A stretch of 64,000 nt of DNA, taken from positions 19,510-83,509 of the forward strand of contig QPMI01000455.1 of the NCBI GenBank assembly GCA_004431415.1. Reading direction: 5' to 3'. The notes under the pieces were generated by a model, which did no database searches, was not told the DNA's origin, and saw only the letters and a program-made list of their open reading frames with translations. Shown here piece after piece: positions 31,838 to 43,600 of this stretch. The stretch's first letter is position 1; each line of letters begins with the position of its first letter. Made by a program: the position numbers and the translations under genes. Source of the DNA: Cyanophora paradoxa CCMP329 (Eukaryota; Plantae; Glaucophyta).

Positions 31838-32842
31838 GTGTGTCTCCTTGCGCTCCTCGTTTGCCCGGTCGCAAATGGCGCCCGGGGTGCGAAAAGAGCC
31901 AAAACCGCGACTCCCTCTCCCAATCCGCCCGATCCGACTGTGGCGCCCTCTGCTGGCCCCAGTAGCCCACCCCCTGTTCCTCCAACGCCCACCCCTGAGG
32001 CGCCGGCCCCGGAGCCCGGCCCGCCAGTTATCACTCCTTCAGGCTCGAATATTTGCATCGGAACGCATGGCCCAACAGTGCCAACCCCATCCCAGCAGAT
32101 TGCAGACCAAACCGTAGAGGCGTTCAATCAGCGTTTCGCAGCCATTGAACATTACCTCGGCGAAGTGATTGCAGCTCGTACCATAGGTACTGCCACCGCC
32201 AATCCAGCCCCGATTCCAACTCCGCCCATTTCGTCGGTCCCACTTGTCGATTTGACATCGAACAATGGCGGTGAAGGATCATCTTCGGGCAACACTGCGC
32301 GTGAGCGTGCTGCACGTACACGTGAGCCCCTTACTGAGCGCGAACGCCAACGTCTCCACTATAATATTACCCGTTGGAATAACCCTCTAAACAAAGAATT
32401 TGCTTTGGACACTCTCGATAATATAGCGTTAGCCGAGGCTCGTGATTATTCTGCTCTTTATATCGCACTTAGAGACCAACTCAAAAAGATCCAACGCATC
32501 AATCAGCTAGGCCTTGATCGTGCTCTTAGACTGCAAAATGTAAACCAGGCTACTGATGATTTTCAGGAGCGCCAACTTTTGTTAACTGAACAAATGTATC
32601 AGCAGCAGTTGCAGCAGTTTACGCAGAATACTGTCACAGGCATGCCGTATGGTCGCTCACAGAATTTCGCTGCTCGCCCTCCCGGCCCTCGTCTGGCGGC
32701 CTCTGGCCCTACTCGCCCACGGGCTTGCTATCATTGTCATGATCCATCCCATATGCGTAATGTCTGTCCTGCTTTCCGTGCAGCTTGCCAGAACTGCCCT
32801 CCTGGCACTCGCCCGACTCCTCTGCCGACTCCAAACTCGTAA
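31838..32842 (+). CDS. gag: Gag-like protein with CCHC zinc knuckle (start uncertain)
   Basis: Pro-rich N-terminus; CYHCHDPSHMRNVC = CX2CX4HX4C. Confidence 0.8.
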   Translation: MCLLALLVCPVANGARGAKRAKTATPSPNPPDPTVAPSAGPSSPPPVPPTPTPEAPAPEPGPPVITPSGSNICIGTHGPTVPTPSQQIADQTVEAFNQRFAAIEHYLGEVIAARTIGTATANPAPIPTPPISSVPLVDLTSNNGGEGSSSGNTARERAARTREPLTERERQRLHYNITRWNNPLNKEFALDTLDNIALAEARDYSALYIALRDQLKKIQRINQLGLDRALRLQNVNQATDDFQERQLLLTEQMYQQQLQQFTQNTVTGMPYGRSQNFAARPPGPRLAASGPTRPRACYHCHDPSHMRNVCPAFRAACQNCPPGTRPTPLPTPNS

Positions 32843-33882
32843 ATTTATTTCTTTTCACATCGATCCATCAGAATATCGATATTCATGAGTTTTTCGCTAC
32901 TTATGTACGAGCAGTGTTTTGACGCATGAGGGCATATCTTGATAGCAGAACCTGTGAACGTACTTGTGTTTTCTTGTGAGTAATTGATGATGGATTCGAA
33001 AATCGCTGCAATTTCTTGATGCCCCAAAATCGCCACTGGCGTGCATATGCATGGATGCAATTCGCGAAATCGCCTTTTTATGGCGTACATATTTATTCAT
33101 GTCGCAGCTCTGCCCTTTGTGGCATCTGCATGTCTTGTTTTTTGCTTTGAAAATCGCCTATGGCGTGCACTTACATCGACATTTATTGCTTGCAAATTGT
33201 CAGGACAGCTCTGCCCTCGCGTGGCATCTGTTGCTGTATTTCTTTTCAGTGCGCACGGCACTAGTGCATACTCCCTCGCCGGAGATGGAGATTCGGTCGC
33301 CATTTTTCTTTCCCTTGCGCAGTTCAAGCATCTGGAGTTCAGGCACGCCTCCCCCATAAATCGCTCGTGCACTGACTGGCGACCGAACGCATCGATGGCA
33401 TTATACATACGCATTTCACATATATGTGTGCTTCTGTGTGCCGTTAGAGGCCTTGCACTCGTCTGCAGGCTCTCGGCCTTCGCTCTTTTGCTCTTCATGG
33501 CAATTGTACAAGTAGTACCTCAATTGCAATATACGAAATGAGCGCTGTCCGAATAGTTGTTATACGAGGAACGTAGTATAACGTACTTCGGACAGCGTGA
33601 ATAATGTATATTGTTACATAAATTTCACACTCTTTGTTGCTTCGCAACAAGTACTTCTTGGGTACTTGTTGCACCTGCAACAAGTCCTACGAGCTTCCTA
33701 AGAGCTGCAGCAGTGAGCTATCGCTGCAGCTGCTGCAGCTTCTCTTCAGAGTTGCTTGATAGCAGCTTCGCTTCTTGCTCCCACCCAACCCTCCTATATA
33801 TATGGATGCTGTTCTGCTGTCTATATAATTCCCTCCCCTTGCGTGCGGCCTCGAGCCTGTATTCTCGTGCATTATTAATTGC

Positions 33883-35808
33883 GTGCTGTTGTTTTTTCTG
33901 TCAGGTTTTACTGCTCGCTGTCTCGGAAGTGCGGATGCCTTGGCGGCATGGCGTGCAATCGGAACAAGTGATTACATCCTTTCATGGCTTCAGAACGGCT
34001 ACCCTCTTGCTGGCGTTGAGCATCTGCCTCCTAGTGTACATTACAATGCTGGTCAATCTCAGCGCCCTCGTGAGAGTACTTTCATTCGGGCAGAAATTCA
34101 GAAGCTGCTCGGTACCGGCGCTATTCGGGTGGCCCCCAAGCCCCCGAAAATTGTTTGCTCGCTATTTACGGTTCCAAAGAAGACTGGTGATAAGCTCAGA
34201 CTGATTTGGGATGGCCGCCCAACAAATCGAGGTCTTCCTCCTGTCCCTTTTCGCTATAAAAATATGCGCGAGGTCATCGCCTTGCTGCGACCTGGCTGGT
34301 TTATGTTTACTATCGACCTCGAGTCGGGATATCATCATGTACCGGTAGACCCGCAATATTTCTCGTACCTGGGCTTCCAGTACGATAGTACTTTCTTCGA
34401 ATACACCGTTTTACCCTTCGGGCTCTCACATGCCCCATATGCATTCACCAAGATCATACGTCAGGTCATTAAATTTCTCCGCGCACACGGTATTACCGTG
34501 GTATCGTATGTCGATGATTTCTGGTTTGCGGCTCCCACGTACCAGGCCGCTGTTAATCTTCGCAATTTCATTCTCGATCTTTTTCGCCACCTGCACTTAT
34601 TCATTAATGAGAAATCGGCCCTTGAGCCTGCACAGCGTGTCGAATTTTTAGGGTTTATTGTAGATTCCACATCGATGATGTTTGAGGTCCCTCTGCAGAA
34701 GCTTAGTAAGCTTCAGGACCGGCTAAAGGACGCAGCTAAGCGCATCCAGTCGTGCCAGGCTAGAGGCGTGCAATTTCAGATGTCAGCTCGTACACTCACT
34801 TCGATTGTCGGTGTGCTTATGTCAATGGCCTTAGCTATTGCACCCGCTCGCATTCATACTCGATCCATTTATCGCAACATTGATATTACCCAGCGACAAT
34901 TTCGGTGGAATGCCCCGGCGGTGGTATCGCCGGAGGCCCAGGAGGAGCTTCTGTGGTGGCATGCAAATCTCGCCCGCTATAATGGGCGGTGTGCCATCCG
35001 GCCAGAGCGAATTTTCGTTGTTACGACGGATGCCAGCAAGATCGGTCTTGGTGGTTTTGTCACCACCGAGGTTGGCGATCTCTCATTCCAACAACAGTGG
35101 ACTCCTGCAGAGTCGGCCCAGACGCCTGCATGGCGTGAGATGACCGCCATTATTCGTGCTCTGCATCATTTCAGTCCTTACCTGCAGCACGTTAATTTAC
35201 TAGTTCGCTCAGATAACACAAATGCAGTGCAGTACATTCTTAATGGTGGCGGTCGTAGCCCCGAGCTTACATTAATCGCCAAGGAAATTTGGAATTTCGC
35301 CTTGCAAAATTGTGCCTTCATGGATGCTGAGTGGATACCTGGAGAAACCAATAATTTCGCCGATTATCTTAGTCGCTGGTTTGCCCCTGCTGACTATCAG
35401 CTTTCCGATGCTGTTTTCCGTCGCATTGTTAACAGATATGGCTTGCCTGATGTCGATCGAATGGCATTAGCTTCCTCTGCACGTGTCCCTCGCTATAATA
35501 GCATTGATCCTTTTGACCGCCTTGCAGAGGCAGTAGACTGCTTCACTGTTGATTGGTCTCGTGATTTTAATTATGTTTTCCCCGACCCTGCAGTCCTACT
35601 GCGGGTGGTTCGTCATGCTCAAGCTTGTCGAGCTCGGATGATTGTTGTAGTACCCGAATGGCCCTCGCAGCCATGGTGGCCTATCTTGCAGGCTGCAGCT
35701 GTGGAGCCCCCTCTGCATCTTGGTCGGGGCCACACAGTATGCCTTTTCGGTCCAACTCGTGCTGCTCTTCCTGAGTGGCTGCTCCTCGCTTTTCTAGTTC
35801 AGTTTTAG
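33883..35808 (+). CDS. DIRS-type reverse transcriptase - RNase H - adenine methyltransferase-like domain
   Basis: IDLESGYHHV, LPFGL, YVDDF; TDAS, SDNT, ADYLSR; PDVDRMA..DCFTVDW..YVFPDP..VPEWPSQPWW. Confidence 0.93.
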   Translation: MLLFFLSGFTARCLGSADALAAWRAIGTSDYILSWLQNGYPLAGVEHLPPSVHYNAGQSQRPRESTFIRAEIQKLLGTGAIRVAPKPPKIVCSLFTVPKKTGDKLRLIWDGRPTNRGLPPVPFRYKNMREVIALLRPGWFMFTIDLESGYHHVPVDPQYFSYLGFQYDSTFFEYTVLPFGLSHAPYAFTKIIRQVIKFLRAHGITVVSYVDDFWFAAPTYQAAVNLRNFILDLFRHLHLFINEKSALEPAQRVEFLGFIVDSTSMMFEVPLQKLSKLQDRLKDAAKRIQSCQARGVQFQMSARTLTSIVGVLMSMALAIAPARIHTRSIYRNIDITQRQFRWNAPAVVSPEAQEELLWWHANLARYNGRCAIRPERIFVVTTDASKIGLGGFVTTEVGDLSFQQQWTPAESAQTPAWREMTAIIRALHHFSPYLQHVNLLVRSDNTNAVQYILNGGGRSPELTLIAKEIWNFALQNCAFMDAEWIPGETNNFADYLSRWFAPADYQLSDAVFRRIVNRYGLPDVDRMALASSARVPRYNSIDPFDRLAEAVDCFTVDWSRDFNYVFPDPAVLLRVVRHAQACRARMIVVVPEWPSQPWWPILQAAAVEPPLHLGRGHTVCLFGPTRAALPEWLLLAFLVQF

Positions 35809-35889
35809 CTGTACCCAATTGCAAACTAGTGTCAAATAATTATAAATGCAATCGAGCGCACACCCTCATGCTTCTAACCATACCCTGCA

Positions 35890-36561
35890 GTGGATGCAGC
35901 TCGTTGGGCCCACATCTGTGCTCGCATTACGTTCTACGCAAACCAGCATCTTGCCCCATCCACGCGAGATGCATATGCAATGTGGGTTGGCCGTTTTCGG
36001 CAGTTCTGCATTCAGCTGGGTGTTCTACCTTTTCCCGTCGATGCTGAGGTTCTAGCCGGTTTTTTGTGCGATATTGCTGACGATGACTACGTCTTCTCAA
36101 CTATAAATGTAGCTTTTTCTGCAGTTCGTAATGAGTGTGAGACCTTGCGCTTTGATACCTCAGTTTTCAGCTCAGTGCTTCTTCAGCACGTCCTCACGGG
36201 CTTGCGCCGAGTCCTGGGCGATGGCCCACTCGCCCAGCGGCCGTCCTTTCGGTCGAACATATTCGCCGGCTAGCGGTAGCTTCCGATCGTGTTCCATCAC
36301 AGACCCATCGTCGCTCTATTGCTATGATCACCGTCGGTTTCTTTGGCCTCCTCCGTCGCTCTGAGATTGTGCAAATTCGGCGGTCTCATTTATCTTTCCG
36401 CCCAGATGGCATGGTCCTCCGCGTCTCTCGCTCTAAAACAGATCAGACTCAGATTGGTCACGAGCTTTTTATTTCGGCTCTTCCAGGCAACGTGTTATGT
36501 CCTGTTTTTCGTCTTCGTGTTTATATAGCCACTCTGCCTCCTACTGTGGATGTCGTATTTG
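35890..36561 (+). pseudogene. Tyrosine recombinase, frameshift at ~36228 and truncated by the copy B terminus
   Basis: LAPSTRDAY N-domain, FFGLLRRSE, SKTDQ, LCPV; HxxR and Tyr motifs missing. Confidence 0.88.
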
Positions 36562-36844
36562 ACACATAGTAAAATGCGGAGTTTTAACCCTCGGCTTATC
36601 TTAATTGATTTTGTTGATATATCTCGTATATTCTATTTCAATCAATCGATAATCTGTGTATATCTTATCGAATATTCAATTATTTCGATTATTTTGTATT
36701 CTTTTCGATATTTTATCGTAAATTTCTCTTCTTTTCCGATTAGTCTTACTGAGTCTATCGATAATCTGTATATATTTCCGAATAATATAACTGAATCTCA
36801 ATTAGATCTTGCCTCTGGTTAAAACTCCGCATTTTACTATGTGT
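36562..36844. repeat. Terminal cassette with 28-bp inverted repeats (copy B)
   Basis: Reverse complement of 24376-24659. Confidence 0.9.
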
Positions 36845-37097
36845 GATTGGTCTAAAAGTTAATTGATTTAATCGATATTATATTCATGTACTTTCTCGAT
36901 TAAATTTAATTAAATTTAATTCATTTAATCGGAAATATATCGCTAAACTCGATTAAGATCCATAAATGATTCATTTGTTAAATAAAACAAATCGATCTCT
37001 TATTGAATCCAATCGTAATTATACATGAAACTTATATGATTTTATCATTGTTTTGTTGAGTCTAAGGGGGGACCCTTAGGAATTTTGAAATAATTGG

Positions 37098-37500
37098 GTG
37101 TGACAGGTGTGACAGGTCTATCCCAAACTTTTGATAGTTCATTTTTATGTTATAGAAAAGTTTGGGATAGACCTGTCACACCTGTCACACAAACCATATT
37201 CAGTAAGGATCTCTTTTAATGTTAAAATTTCAGTGTTAGTTGGTGTAGTTGATTCACAAAATGCATCCTGTCACACCTGTCACACAAACCATATTCAGTA
37301 AGGATCTCTTTTATAATGAAAAACTCAGTAACAATAAGTAAGAAGTTTATCTATGTAATTCTACTTGAATAAACAAATGAAATAATCGAGTGTGACAGGT
37401 GTGACAGGTCCATCCCAAACTTTTGAGAGTTCATTTTTATGCTATAGAAAAGTTTGGGATAGACCTGTCACACCTGTCACACAAACCATATTCAGTAAGG
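37098..37500. repeat. Expanded iteron-like region: two ~35-bp-arm palindromes plus a half site (TGACAGG units)
   Basis: gtgtgacaggtgtgacaggtc(t/c)atcccaaactttt ... aaaagtttgggatagacctgtcacacctgtcacac at ~37098-37190 and ~37390-37482; half site at ~37267. Confidence 0.85.
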
Positions 37501-37880
37501 ACCTCATATATTGTTAAAATCTCAGTGTTAGTTGGTGTAGTTGATTCAAAAAATGCATTTATACTCTGATTCATTGTTATTTCCTGTGAAATTTGAGTCA
37601 ACTCAACCCACTTAGTCAACCCTCCCATTGAATTCGTAACAAAATCCATATACTTTTACTACTTTTACGATTAATATGAGTCAACCTTGAGTCCACTTAA
37701 ATTATAATTGGGGAATGAAGGGGAGATGCTGAGTTTTATTGTAAGGAAATCGATAGTATTCGAAATTGTAACATATTCTATTGTAGGAAAGGGATATATT
37801 ATATCCTTTTGTTATAATAGCTGATCAATGTTATTGTAATAAAAAAGGTAAATCACCCTGATCATCATTATAGAAACCCA

Positions 37881-38279
37881 TCAAAACGGAAATCTATCAT
37901 GTTTATGCCTCTCAGTCTTCTCAAATGTTAAGAAATTCATTGTTTTATCGATCTCATCTGCAACTGATTGTGTTTTATGCTGAGCTTCTTTTCCACAACT
38001 GAATATATCAATTGCTAACATGCCTTCATTGGAATAACAATGAGCTGTGCAATGGCTTTCATCTAATAGCAGAACTAATGCAAATCCAGGAGGTGATAGT
38101 TTGCCATCAAATATCTCACAATGCTTATGAACAATCCTAATACCTTGCCTTAATACTGCTTGTTCAAGGGTTCTCATAATCCAATTACCTAGGAAGCTTA
38201 CATGTTCATGTCCTGTTGCAATAGCTGTTTTAGCCTTGTAATCAAGCATAACATGAAAGCCCCTGTATTGAGTCTCCAT
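37881..38279 (-). CDS. speD: S-adenosylmethionine decarboxylase proenzyme (copy B)
   Basis: ESH motif; 2 aa differences from copy A. Confidence 0.85.
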   Translation of the reverse strand: METQYRGFHVMLDYKAKTAIATGHEHVSFLGNWIMRTLEQAVLRQGIRIVHKHCEIFDGKLSPPGFALVLLLDESHCTAHCYSNEGMLAIDIFSCGKEAQHKTQSVADEIDKTMNFLTFEKTERHKHDRFPF

Positions 38280-38308
38280 TAAGAATACCTTAGAAAAATT
38301 AATTAAAC

Positions 38309-38581
38309 CTAATCGAACCTAATGCAAACATCCCTATATTCCACTGTGATTGATGAAGAAGCCCTTTTCCTGTAAGCCTGAGAATGTTTTTTGTTGCATT
38401 CCCTGCAACCTGACCCCTTCACATGATTAAAGGGATAGGTAAGGATCACCTTGTTACACTGCAAACATCTCACAGATACTTTCTCTTGAGCTTTGATGTA
38501 ATGTGTCTCACTGTAATCGAATTTATCTTTACCATGAACTGTCATAGCAGCATCAATAAACTTTTTTGTTTTACTATCCAT
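38309..38581 (-). CDS. Single DUF723-like repeat protein (copy B)
   Basis: Orthologue of 22853-23125. Confidence 0.7.
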   Translation of the reverse strand: MDSKTKKFIDAAMTVHGKDKFDYSETHYIKAQEKVSVRCLQCNKVILTYPFNHVKGSGCRECNKKHSQAYRKRASSSITVEYRDVCIRFD

Positions 38582-38603
38582 ACTCTATATATAACCAATA
38601 TTC

Positions 38604-39437
38604 TTATGGAGCAGTATCCTGCCCAAAAATGGGGAAATATCGATTTGTCCCATAGTACTCAGCATAGGTATTCTGCTTTGCAATAAAATCGGTTCTCTCA
38701 GCATATAATACACATTTGTATATACCAAACTTGGTGGCTCTCACTAAGAACTGATAATCTTCCAAACCGAAATTGACTCCATGATAAGCAATCCCGAAAT
38801 TATCATATGGGGTGATCACAACTGCAAAATTAGGAGTTCCACCCTCTACTTGACAAAGAGCATAAACATCTGGTGGAATATCCACAACAACCTTGTAGTG
38901 GTCACCAATCTCAACAAGAGAGTCTACTACTGCTGTTTGTTCATTTACAACAATGGGGAATATCTTTATAATGTATGGGGCATTCATGCTGGGGACATAG
39001 GTTCGAATTCTTGTGTTGGGATCAATGGGATTGGGTTGATCATTCACAAATAGAGGCGCTCCAACAGCCCCACCAACTCTAAGTCCATCACCAATATAAG
39101 CTCCCCCCGATTTGCAGTTAATAGCTCCCGACCTAGATTCAAAAGAATAAGTAGAAAGAGGATCTCCATAGCTATCTGGGTCTCCATAATGAGCAGAAAA
39201 GTTTGCATTGGTAACAAGTAGCTTAGTTGTCTTAACTATTCCATTATTTTTATCACATCTGAGTTCCTGTAATCTCAGTTTGTGGGTGGAACCAAAGGTG
39301 TTCATTGTAGGTTGGACCTCTGTGGATTGGAGACCCTCTACATCATCAAAGGTAGCATGCTGTAAAACATGGTTTGCTGGGGCAGCTAATGATAGCTGAG
39401 GTGTAATAATTCGTTCAATTGGGGGTTGCTCAGCCAT
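38604..39437 (-). CDS. Short fibre paralogue 2 (copy B)
   Basis: Nearly identical to 21994-22830. Confidence 0.65.
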   Translation of the reverse strand: MAEQPPIERIITPQLSLAAPANHVLQHATFDDVEGLQSTEVQPTMNTFGSTHKLRLQELRCDKNNGIVKTTKLLVTNANFSAHYGDPDSYGDPLSTYSFESRSGAINCKSGGAYIGDGLRVGGAVGAPLFVNDQPNPIDPNTRIRTYVPSMNAPYIIKIFPIVVNEQTAVVDSLVEIGDHYKVVVDIPPDVYALCQVEGGTPNFAVVITPYDNFGIAYHGVNFGLEDYQFLVRATKFGIYKCVLYAERTDFIAKQNTYAEYYGTNRYFPIFGQDTAP

Positions 39438-39460
39438 TTTACATTAAAGGGATATATCTT

Positions 39461-40315
39461 TTATGGGGTTGGGTCATCAATTACATCTAATTCTTGGTAA
39501 AATCCTGTTGTGAATATATCAGCAACATTTACCCCACGGAGTGCTGAAACAGCTGCTATATCTGTTCTCAGTCCCATAATCATAGTATTGTAAACTCCAA
39601 CCTCAGTGACATACAAATCATAAGTAAATGTCAGATTGTTATAAACACAATATCCCCGACCAAAATGGTTGGATGCTTGAACAAAGAATAGGTAATTGTG
39701 ACCTTGTTGGTTATTATTTGCTCTACACATTGAGAGCATTGCTGTGGGAAGAGGAATATTCCTTCTCACTCGATCAGTTCCTGTAATGGAAACCAATTCT
39801 GAATTTTCAAGAGTGACAGATGATGCAACATAGAAATGCAGAAAAGGTTGCTGTGCAACTGGTGTATAGAACCGAATTCGTTGTGGGTTCTCAGCATTTT
39901 GTTCAAGAGTATCTGGGACATCATTGTAGGAAACAGAGGATGAAAGCTGACCTGAAACTCTGCAACCACCACCAATAAAAGCTCCTCCTGATCTCACAGT
40001 TACAGCAGCAGAATTCTTATCGAAATCCAGGGCTTTCAGATCAACACTGTAAGCATCAGGACCTCCATTGGTAGGTTGGAAGAAGTTTGCATTAGTCACA
40101 AGAAGTCGAGTTGTTTTCACCACACCAGAATTCTTATCAGCTCTCAGCTCTTTAACTCGAATAATCGAATTTTTATCAAAGGAGTTACCATTGGAATTGG
40201 GTCTCTCTGTGGATTCTAAACCACGAACCTCATCATTAACTTCATGCTGGCGAAAGTGCATTGCAGGGGATCCAAGGGAATATATAGGCAGTTGAACTCG
40301 ATTATATTCCCCCAT
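39461..40315 (-). CDS. Short fibre paralogue 1 (copy B), divergent C-terminal domain
   Basis: N-terminal half matches copy A; C-terminal half is strongly diverged. Confidence 0.65.
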   Translation of the reverse strand: MGEYNRVQLPIYSLGSPAMHFRQHEVNDEVRGLESTERPNSNGNSFDKNSIIRVKELRADKNSGVVKTTRLLVTNANFFQPTNGGPDAYSVDLKALDFDKNSAAVTVRSGGAFIGGGCRVSGQLSSSVSYNDVPDTLEQNAENPQRIRFYTPVAQQPFLHFYVASSVTLENSELVSITGTDRVRRNIPLPTAMLSMCRANNNQQGHNYLFFVQASNHFGRGYCVYNNLTFTYDLYVTEVGVYNTMIMGLRTDIAAVSALRGVNVADIFTTGFYQELDVIDDPTP

Positions 40316-40354
40316 TGCTTCTTTTACTAAGAAGGAAAGAAAAATAAACTACCA

Positions 40355-40660
40355 TCAAGCCAAAGTGATTAAATTCGATCCAAGGGATTGGTAAACAGTT
40401 GAAAGAACTTGCAGGTTGGATGTCATTGCTTTAATGTTGTTATCACACTCATTGTATTTAGCAACAGGGTCACCATATGCAGCTTGAGCAAGGACATTAA
40501 CCAAGAGGTTTTTATACTCATTTACAACTGGTGAGAGCTTGTTAGTTTGCTGAATCGTTTTTTCCACTGTTTGTAATGCTGATACAAGCTTGATTGTATC
40601 AAATGCAAGAGCGACAGGCTCACCTGTCATTGGGGTTCCACCAAGTGGATAGGTCGCCAT
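40355..40660 (-). CDS. Hypothetical 101-aa protein (copy B)
   Basis: Orthologue of 20781-21086. Confidence 0.75.
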   Translation of the reverse strand: MATYPLGGTPMTGEPVALAFDTIKLVSALQTVEKTIQQTNKLSPVVNEYKNLLVNVLAQAAYGDPVAKYNECDNNIKAMTSNLQVLSTVYQSLGSNLITLA

Positions 40661-40663
40661 TTA

Positions 40664-43600
40664 TTATACTGTTACATTTTTAATTTGGTCTATTTGATCT
40701 TGTAGACTCTTGCATTTCTGAGACAACTCTTTAACGGCTTCTATGAGAACTGGAACCAATCCTGTGTATTCAAGCGATAAGTAACCATCATCTTTTTTCA
40801 CATTAACAACCTCTGGTATTACCTTTACCACATCTTGCGCAATTAAACCTAATTTTGTTCCGTCTTTTTCGCTTCCAATTCGTTTAAAACTCACTCCTTC
40901 TAATTTCTCAATCGCTGAAAGAGCGCCTGTAATCTTTTTTATATCTGTTTTGTATCTTATGTCACTTCCTTGTGTTAAATAACCTCCTATCCACATCCAT
41001 CCCCCATGATACATGTAACAAATATCAGTATCTTGCTCATTTCGGAATACAAGGGGAATATCTCCCCTTCCTTTCAAGTATGTAGAAGTATTGTTACCAA
41101 AATGGATACGATTGTATCCATCACTTGAATTAAACCAACTACCCACAGTTCCTGTTAAAAGATTTGGTCTACTATAAACATTATTCCAATGAATATAGCC
41201 GGTGTGACCACCATAACTATTTCCTGTCCAAATTTTCATGTAACTTATACCCATAATATGAACTCTTCCAATCTTTGGTCTAATCCGAATAGTCAAAAAT
41301 CGATTACCGAGATGTATAGGAACATTATTTAAACCGCTGTGGTTACTGTCAGGAGATGTGGCGTATGGTTGATAACTATTCACTGATGTAATAAAAACTT
41401 CATTTCCTTGTCGATTAACTCCCCAAATTTCAAAAAGTCGTGCGTTTGGCCAAGGTAAATAAGTTAAAAACGCTGTTCCTGTGTGATATCCATCGGGTAT
41501 ATCGAAGTCAATCCAAGCGGTAGAAGTTTGGTCATCATATTGCTTATTATAAACGAAAGAACCATAATTATAATATGGATCCCATGCTGAACTCCACGCC
41601 CACTCCCAATCGTTATAAGAACATCTATTAAATTCAATACCTCCTTTCGATGAATCCGCTGTGTGAAACTTTGGGACATCATTACCATTTATTTGGAGTT
41701 TGGTAGTAGCATTAATAGTGGGTGCTGTAATAGTATTATTCACCCAAAAGTTCCCATTGTTATAAGACTTTAAAATTGCTCCATCTGCTGAGTTTCTGAA
41801 TTCAATTGAGACACCATCACCATTTGGTCTCCCTCGTATATATGTGCAATCACCATTACCAAACCAAATTCGCTCAACTGCATCTGTTGATTTTAACCAT
41901 GTATTTGTTGCCCATGTTGCGGTTTGTGGAAGGTCTGCGGCTGTTATTAAAGCGGGACGACTGTAAATATTATCCCAAGAAATCATGCCCAACTCATTAT
42001 CGGTTGCTCTCTGTCTACTCCAACCAAAAACCCCCGTAAGATGAATGCGACCTTTTCGACCTTGAACATAAATATTCTTGTAAAACTCGCAATTAATTGA
42101 TACAAACAAGATAGTATTATTTGTCCCATCATGATTTACTGACTGTATTCCTTGATAATCGTTTACACGTTTTAAGAAATGCTGATTGTTATTGAGAGTC
42201 TGACCATAGATATCAAAATATCTGCTATTATACCAAGGCATATGCTGAATATAAAATGATTTCATACCTGTGGGGACAGTCCACCTCATAAAACAACCGC
42301 TACAATCTTCATCATTTTGTGGTGTTGTATAACATCCTGTTTGTCCTGTTCTTGGTGACCAATTCAAATTCCAATTATTTGCGCTTCTATCTGTTGATAC
42401 TACATCTAATTGATCGAAATCATATCCTTTTGGAATTGTGTTTCCACCAATTTGTAGACTAGTAGCGTTTACAGTTCCATTAACTGTCCCACCTGTAAGA
42501 GGTAAATAATTTCCTAGAGCTGCTGTTAACTCTGCATCTGTTGTATAATTATTTAGAGTCGTTCCCAATTCACTTTCTGTTACATAGCTGCTTAAATCTG
42601 CTGTTGTAAGATATCCTTTATTGTTAAGGTAATCATCTGTCACTACTCCTGAAAGGGTGGTATTGTGTAAGTTCTTTGCTGCCATCCTCTGATTGACTTC
42701 TAAGGCTCCACCTGATGTTGTTTTTATCCATGCAATCTCACATTTTCCGTGATCATCTGTGGGTTGTCCCACAACAGGAAGATAGTTTACAACTTTCTCC
42801 CTTGTAAACACAATTTTAGGTCTTGCTCCATCATATGGGTCTTGATCTGTTACATTTACTTGAATTGCTGCTGAAAAATCCGCTACTTGTCCTGTTTCTC
42901 CTGGGTGATAATTCGTAACATAGATACTGGGGAAAGTATCATTAACTCCCACATTAAAATCGCCATCATAAACTCCATTAACAATTGGATCCCTGGGTAA
43001 TCTTACTGCAAGAGTTCCCTCCATTGGAGTGCCTGTTTGACCTGTAAAAGTCCCATTGAGACTTACATAATGATCATTCAAATACAATCTTTCAGGTGTA
43101 TTACTCGATTGGTAAAGTGTGACTCCATTAAAAACATTTCCGATTGCATTCAACTGTGCAAACACTGGCTGGTCATCAATTTCTTCCCATGGGTGCCTGT
43201 GGTTGCTATTTGTAATCTCTGAATAATCATGAGTGTGTGAATCTGGTGGAAAGGTTAATGGTGGATTCGTGATATGCTCCCATAAATGTGTATGGGCGAA
43301 ATCTGTTATTTGATCTTTTGTGTGAGTATGGGCAAAATCTGTTATTTGATCTTTTGTGTGAGTATGTGCGAAATCTGTGATTTGATCTTTGGTGTGTGTA
43401 TGGGCGAAATCTGTGATTTGATCTTTTGTGTGAGTATGGGCGAAATCCGTAATATCTGCTTTTGTGTGTTTTTGTTTTGCTAACCAATCTAAAACAACAT
43501 TCGATGTTGGATGATGTGGTAGAGTTGCATTTTTGGTAACTGTGAGATTTTCAATAAATATATTGCTCGAATTAATTTTAAGATCTTCATTATTCAATAC

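Larger units (their letters stand above)
31610..36561 (+). mobile_element. DIRS1-like tyrosine-recombinase retrotransposon, 3'-truncated (left boundary approximate)
   Basis: Order gag - RT/RNase H/methyltransferase-like - YR. Confidence 0.88.

Noticed and set aside
26387-32130. Numerous overlapping and antisense ORFs in the GC-rich block
   Set aside because: Expected from low stop-codon frequency at high GC; no recognisable domains.
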